Source: Bdellovibrionota bacterium (GTDB taxonomy: Bacteria > Bdellovibrionota_C > UBA2361 > CAKMMH01). From it: DNA of 64,000 bases. Under the pieces are notes generated by a model. The model was not told the origin of the DNA and did no database searches. It saw only the letters and a list, made by a program, of their open reading frames with translations. Positions 58,795-64,000 of the stretch are shown one piece after another; position 1 is the stretch's first letter; each line of letters starts with the position of its first letter. The translations under genes were made by a program, and so were the position numbers. The DNA lies in contig JBMNLI010000012.1 in NCBI GenBank assembly GCA_050952645.1, positions 192,001 through 256,000 of the forward strand. The letters run 5' to 3'.

Positions 58795-58943
58795 AATATG
58801 AACTCCTTTTTAATATAAGCCGATTTAAGATTTAGCATAATTTATAAGGTAAACTAATTTATAGAGCAAGCTAATTTATAGAGTAAACTATATAGTTTTT
58901 TAGTAAATATAGTTTTTAAAAGTTTTTTAATATTATTTAGTTA

Positions 58944-60260
58944 ATGAAACTATTAAATAAGTATATATTCAAAGAGATTTTATCGTATTTTAGTATCACT
59001 TTACTCTCCTTAACTGCAGTGCTACTTACCGTGAAGCTTATACAGCTTACCTCCCTTATCGTTAATAAAGGTTTAATATTTTCTCAAATAGCTACAATTT
59101 TTATAGCCATAGTTCCTACGTTTTTAGAAATTGCTATTCCGATGTCTGTGCTTCTAGGTGTGATGCTAGCTTTTGCAAGGCTTTCTGGAGATTCTGAAAT
59201 TATAGTTATGCGAGCTAGTGGGCTATCTTTAATTACTCTTAGCAAGGCAGTTTTTATGTTTGGATTTTTTATTTCCATTATTGCTTTAGGAATTTCGCTT
59301 TATTTAACTCCTTGGGGGGATAGAACTTTAAATACGGTGCTTTATGAGATAGCACGTTCTAAAAGCACTGCTGGGCTTGATGCTGGCTTGTTTAATAAAC
59401 TTGGAAAATTAACTGTATATTCAGAAAGTATAAATCATGCTAGTGGGGATTTAAAAAATGTGCTTATACAAGACGATAGAGCCGATTTAGAAAGGCTTAT
59501 AGTTTCTTTAAGTGGGAAGATTCTATCTGATGATAAACATCAAAGAATCATAATAAGATTACAAAATGGTGATATACACGAAGAAGACCAGAAAAGGTAT
59601 GTGATAACTCATTTTGATACTAATCAAATTATCATCAATGCGGATGAAATATACGATCCTGATGCTAATATTTCTGGGAAAATAAGTAAAAAAATGTCCC
59701 TCAAGCAGCTTAAAAATGAAAAACAAGAGTATCAAAAATCATTTAAACTTTTTAAAGATGCAATGAATTTAGAAAACAATGATTTAAAAGACAAAAAGAT
59801 AGAAAAAAATACTTTCATACCCCTCCTTCCAACTATAACATCACCAGAAAGAGAAATTACTTATAAAGACTATTTAAAACGCACAGCAAATTTAGATCTT
59901 GAAGCTGGGAAAAGGTTTTCAATTCCATTTGCTTGTTTAATTTTAGCAATAGTTGCTATGCCTCTTGGCATTCAGCCTCCAAGGGCGCAAAAAGCTTGGG
60001 GTGCAGGGCTTTCATCGACTATCGGGCTGTGCGTATTTATAACGTATTTTGGAATAATGTCGGTAGCGATGGCATTAGCTGAAAAGGGGAGTTTAAATCC
60101 TTATATAGCTTTATGGATTCCAAATGTAATTATAGCTATTTTGGCAGGAGTTTTATTACAAAAAATGAATTCTGAAAAATGGCAATCAACGGCGCATTTT
60201 GTTGATTTGATTTATAAATTTTTTATTAAGTTTAAAAGAAATAAAAATGATATTAAGTAA
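58944..60260 (+). CDS. lptF: LPS export ABC transporter permease LptF
   Basis: KYIFKEI, RLSGDSEIIVMRASGLSL and ALWIPN motifs; first of a YjgP/Q pair. Confidence 0.88.
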   Translation: MKLLNKYIFKEILSYFSITLLSLTAVLLTVKLIQLTSLIVNKGLIFSQIATIFIAIVPTFLEIAIPMSVLLGVMLAFARLSGDSEIIVMRASGLSLITLSKAVFMFGFFISIIALGISLYLTPWGDRTLNTVLYEIARSKSTAGLDAGLFNKLGKLTVYSESINHASGDLKNVLIQDDRADLERLIVSLSGKILSDDKHQRIIIRLQNGDIHEEDQKRYVITHFDTNQIIINADEIYDPDANISGKISKKMSLKQLKNEKQEYQKSFKLFKDAMNLENNDLKDKKIEKNTFIPLLPTITSPEREITYKDYLKRTANLDLEAGKRFSIPFACLILAIVAMPLGIQPPRAQKAWGAGLSSTIGLCVFITYFGIMSVAMALAEKGSLNPYIALWIPNVIIAILAGVLLQKMNSEKWQSTAHFVDLIYKFFIKFKRNKNDIK

Positions 60261-60321
60261 AATATTTTGACTTATAAGAATATATAATTATAAGAAAATA
60301 TAAAAAGATAAAAATTAAAAA

Positions 60322-61428
60322 ATGAAGATTATACACAAATATTTATTAAAACAATTTTTAAAAACATTAAGTATTTCTCTTGTAGGACTGACGGCGCTTT
60401 TTTTATTATTTGATTTTTTTGAAAAGATAGATAAATTTTCCGCCGCAAATGAGCCTCTTATCTCAACATTTTCATATTTGTTTTATAAAATTCCTTATCT
60501 TTTTAGCATTATGATTCCTTTAGCAATCTTGTTTTCTGCCATGATCTCTATCGGGCTTCTTTCAAAGAACTCTGAGATTACTGCTATGCGTGCTAGTGGC
60601 TTAAAGCTATCTTGGCTAATGAAGCCTATTTTGATAACTAGTTTTATACTTTCCTTTTTTTCACTTTTTATAAATGAAACTATAGTGCCTTATGCTACAT
60701 CACGCTCTAGAGATATTTATAATATTGATATTAGAAGAAAGGATCAAACGGGTGGTTATAGTCAAAAAAATTTATGGTGGCGAGATAAGAATGAAATATA
60801 TTCAGCTGAGTTTTTCGACTCGAGAACTAAAACTTTATTTAATGTTTCTGAGTATGTTTTAAAAGGTGGCACGTTTAAAATATATAAGCGAATAGATGCT
60901 AAAAAGGCAGAATGGATAAATCCTTCATTAAAATGGTCTATGCATGGTGTGAAAGAATACTTATTTTTAAGCAATGAACGTGGAACTTATGATTTTAAAA
61001 TGACGAAATATAAATCTCTTCCTATGCTTATCAATGAGACTCCAGAAGATTTTTATAAAGCTAAAAAAGATCCATTTTCAATGAGTTATTTTGAGCTAAA
61101 AGATTTTATGAAAAACCAAGAAAAAACTGGTTTATCTGTAAAGGGGTATGAAGCAGATTTGTATGCAAAAATTTCGTTTCCGTTCGTATGTTTAGTAATT
61201 TGTGCGATAGCTATTCCTTTTGCGTTAAAGCCAGCACGTTCGGGGAGTCTTGCAAATAGTGTTATTGCAGGTTTTACAATCGGATTTTCATATTTTGCAA
61301 TTCATTCACTAAGCGTTGCGATGGGACGAGCGGAGTTATTTCCGCCATTTATTTCAGCTTGGGTTGCAAATATTTTAATGGGATTGATAGCCATTATTTT
61401 AAATATTGGAGCTGAGGATCCGTCTTAA
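60322..61428 (+). CDS. lptG: LPS export ABC transporter permease LptG
   Basis: LSKNSEITAMRASG, MSYFEL, KISFPF and SAWVAN motifs. Confidence 0.88.
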   Translation: MKIIHKYLLKQFLKTLSISLVGLTALFLLFDFFEKIDKFSAANEPLISTFSYLFYKIPYLFSIMIPLAILFSAMISIGLLSKNSEITAMRASGLKLSWLMKPILITSFILSFFSLFINETIVPYATSRSRDIYNIDIRRKDQTGGYSQKNLWWRDKNEIYSAEFFDSRTKTLFNVSEYVLKGGTFKIYKRIDAKKAEWINPSLKWSMHGVKEYLFLSNERGTYDFKMTKYKSLPMLINETPEDFYKAKKDPFSMSYFELKDFMKNQEKTGLSVKGYEADLYAKISFPFVCLVICAIAIPFALKPARSGSLANSVIAGFTIGFSYFAIHSLSVAMGRAELFPPFISAWVANILMGLIAIILNIGAEDPS

Positions 61429-61647
61429 AACGCTTAAGTGGCTTTTTTAAATTATTTTATATTTAATTTTAATATGATAATTTATTTAATATGATAATTT
61501 ATAAGGAGCGTTTACTGATACGTTTAATATTTAAAGGTGCAGAAAATAGTACAGCGTACAGGAAATAGTTAAGCGTGAAAAAAATTTTATTTAATGAAAT
61601 TAGTAATAAAAATAAAATAAAAATATAAGTAAAAGGAAATTTTTTAT

Positions 61648-63042
61648 ATGTTATTTATTAAAGATCTACATAAATCAAAGGATATAGAGTTAAAAGAGTA
61701 TGTGTTTAAGGGGTGGGTTAAAACTCACAGGGAATCGAAGAATGTTTCGTTTATAGAGCTTACTGATGGAAGTAGTGTTAAGGGGCTTCAGTTAGTAATA
61801 AACCCTGAATTAAGTTCTTATAAGGAGATTGCAGAAAAGATTGGCACGGGGGCTTCTATAGAGGTAAGGGGGGATTTAAAAGAGTCTCCTTCAAAGGGGC
61901 AAAATTACGAGTTAGAGGTAAAAGAGATAACTTTAATAGGGCAAGCTTGCAAAGCTACTTATCCTCTTCAGAAAAAGGGGCATACGTTAGAATTTTTAAG
62001 AGAGATACAGCATTTAAGGGCTAGGTCTAATACGTTAGGTGCAGTGTTTAGAGTGCGTTCAAAGGCTAGTGTGGCGATACATACTTTTTTTTCTGAGCGT
62101 GATTTTTATTATATACATACGCCAATTATTACCTCATCTGACTGTGAGGGTGCTGGGGAGGTGTTTAGCGTAACTACTCTAAACTTAGATGATTTGCCTA
62201 AAGATGATAAGGGCAAGGTTGATTATACGAAAGATTTTTTTAAAAAGCATGTAGGGCTTACAGTTTCTGGGCAACTTCAAGCTGAGGCTATGGCTACGGC
62301 TCTTGGTCGTGTGTATACTTTTGGCCCAACATTTAGGGCTGAAAATTCTAATACTGTAAGGCATCTATCTGAGTTTTGGATGGTTGAGCCTGAGATGGCT
62401 TTTTGCACGTTAGAAGACAATATAAAAGTTGCACAGGAGTTTATAAAATATATTATTAAGTATTTGCTTGATAATTCTCTTGAAGATTTAGAGTTTTTAC
62501 ATTCACTTTCTTGGGCGCCTAAGGGGCTTATGGATACGTTAAAGCACGTAGTAAATTCTAAGAGTGAGGTTATGACTTATACTAAAGCCATTGAAATTTT
62601 AGAAAAGTCGAGTAAAAAGTTTGAGTATCCAGTTCATTGGGGGATAGATCTTCAATCTGAGCATGAGAGATATTTAACTGAGGAGCATTTAAAGTGCCCA
62701 GTGTTTTTAATAGATTATCCAAAGGAGATAAAGGCTTTTTATATGAAGCTTAATAAGGATAATAAAACTGTAAAGGCTATGGATTTATTAGTTCCTGGGT
62801 TAGGAGAGATCGTAGGTGGTTCTGAGAGAGAAGAAAACTACGATGTATTGCTAGGAAGGATTAATGAGTTAGGCTTACGTAAGGAAGATTACAGTTGGTA
62901 TTTAGATTTAAGAAAGTACGGCAGCGTCCCACATTCAGGTTTTGGCTTAGGACTTGAAAGATTTATAATGTATATAACAGGCATACAAAACATCCGCGAC
63001 GTTATCCTATTTCCTAGAGCGCCAGGGCAGATTTTTGGGTAA
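61648..63042 (+). CDS. asnS: Asparagine--tRNA ligase
   Basis: YPLQKK, LTVSGQL, FRAENSNT.RHL.EFWM.EPE, DLQSEHERYL and PHSGFGLGLER motifs. Confidence 0.97.
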   Translation: MLFIKDLHKSKDIELKEYVFKGWVKTHRESKNVSFIELTDGSSVKGLQLVINPELSSYKEIAEKIGTGASIEVRGDLKESPSKGQNYELEVKEITLIGQACKATYPLQKKGHTLEFLREIQHLRARSNTLGAVFRVRSKASVAIHTFFSERDFYYIHTPIITSSDCEGAGEVFSVTTLNLDDLPKDDKGKVDYTKDFFKKHVGLTVSGQLQAEAMATALGRVYTFGPTFRAENSNTVRHLSEFWMVEPEMAFCTLEDNIKVAQEFIKYIIKYLLDNSLEDLEFLHSLSWAPKGLMDTLKHVVNSKSEVMTYTKAIEILEKSSKKFEYPVHWGIDLQSEHERYLTEEHLKCPVFLIDYPKEIKAFYMKLNKDNKTVKAMDLLVPGLGEIVGGSEREENYDVLLGRINELGLRKEDYSWYLDLRKYGSVPHSGFGLGLERFIMYITGIQNIRDVILFPRAPGQIFG

Positions 63043-63044
63043 GG

Positions 63045-63995
63045 TATACCTTTTTAGTTTTTTTGGTAGTTGTTCTTGTGCAAATGACCTTGCACGTAAA
63101 GGTTATAGCTTTCAGAAAATTAGGGAGGAGCAAATGAATCTTCTTATGGCTTATGATGTAAATACTCATATACCACTTTTTTCTCGCATTTACGAAGGTG
63201 GCTCTCTAGATAAGTCGAGTGTTAAAGATCTCTTAGAGCAAGTTGTGCTTAAGGATATTCTTTTTATTGTTGATTGCGGTTTTTATAGCAATGAAAACTT
63301 ACAACTTTTTCAAAATGATGGTTGTTCCTACATTATCCCACTTTCTAGGAATCTAAAGAACAGTAAAAAAGCTGTTTCTAGTTTAGAAATGAATGGACGT
63401 TTTATGTGCCAACAAGGTAGAAAAGCAACGGTTATATAATATAAAGATGAACTAATAGATGGACAACGTGTTATTTGTTTTCGTGATCTAAATGAAGCTG
63501 CAGCTGAACAAGCAAACTATTTACGTTATATTAAACAAGGGAATAAACGTTACACAGAGGAGAGATTTTTAGAAATAAAAGATTTTCTAGGTCTTTATGT
63601 TTTACAGACTAGTCTTTTAGAAACACCAGCGGAAGAAATATTTAGGCTTTACAAGATGCGCTGGGCACTTGATTTTAATTATTTTAAGAACACTGCCGAT
63701 TGTCGTTCTCTTTATCAGCAAGATTATTATAAGGTGCAAGGTTTAAGTGTTATTATGATTGTAAATGGATTAATTCATCAAGAGTTTTCTAAAGCGTGTG
63801 AGAATTTAAAGGAAAAAAGTGTCAAAGACTGCCTTTTAGAAGCAAGAATGGTGAAAATTAATAAAAAAAGAGGAATTTGGACTGTTGCTAATTGTCGTAA
63901 AAAACAATTAGATTTATTTAAAGCTCTTAATACAACGTTTCAAATTTAAAAAAATTAGCCTGCATACCTAAAAAACTAAATAGGTATGATTAAGG
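63045..63995 (+). pseudogene. Decayed IS1634/IS4-like element with truncated transposase
   Basis: Imperfect IRs at 63045-63068 and 63965-63988. The N-terminus is absent, there is an in-frame TAA at 63437-63439 joining the two ORF-track pieces, the second Asp is in VDCGFYS, and the catalytic Glu is missing (YKMRWALDFNYFK). Confidence 0.82.
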
Positions 63996-64000
63996 AGGTT

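Noticed and set aside
61420..61445. TCTTAAAACGCTTAAG at the lptG stop as another MITE end
   Set aside because: The match is too short for AT-rich DNA and has no partner end.
61430..61647. tRNA or T-box in the lptG-asnS spacer
   Set aside because: No cloverleaf or T-box motif; only short duplications.
63035..63439. 134-aa and 97-aa ORFs as independent genes
   Set aside because: They are in the same frame, separated by a single nonsense codon, and are parts of one transposase pseudogene.

Overview
AT-rich (roughly 30% GC by eye) chromosomal window from a flagellated Gram-negative bacterium with deltaproteobacterial/Bdellovibrionota-like gene content; the taxonomy is inferred, not verified. 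It is mostly housekeeping and envelope genes: scattered flagellar genes (flhA 3' end, flhG, fliA, fliK, motAB), metK, a TetR plus tripartite RND efflux operon, dacB, a LysM lytic transglycosylase, cdaA-cdaR-glmM-tsaE, mreB, polA, glyQS, murA, lpxL, hpt, a wzt/wzm/glycosyltransferase locus, kdsB, rpsU, lptFG and asnS. Mobile DNA comprises one intact IS1634-family element (29-bp IRs, 5-bp target duplication), one decayed IS1634-like remnant and about nine copies or fragments of an ISL3-type MITE family. The most notable observations are: (1) LpxC fused in frame to an intact NtrX/NtrC-like receiver domain; (2) a 742-aa orphan with a C-terminal HicA-like RNase domain, no antitoxin and MITEs on both sides; (3) an orphan gene behind a complete sigma54/IHF/enhancer promoter, probably near-leaderless; (4) MITEs that supply stop codons or occupy promoter regions; (5) recurrent 12-bp-period tandem expansions inside conserved proteins; (6) a Cys-to-Asp, fosfomycin-insensitive-type MurA. 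Frameshifts in polA and in a GT-C gene fall in homopolymer or A runs and may be sequencing errors. No rRNA, tRNA or CRISPR array was seen.
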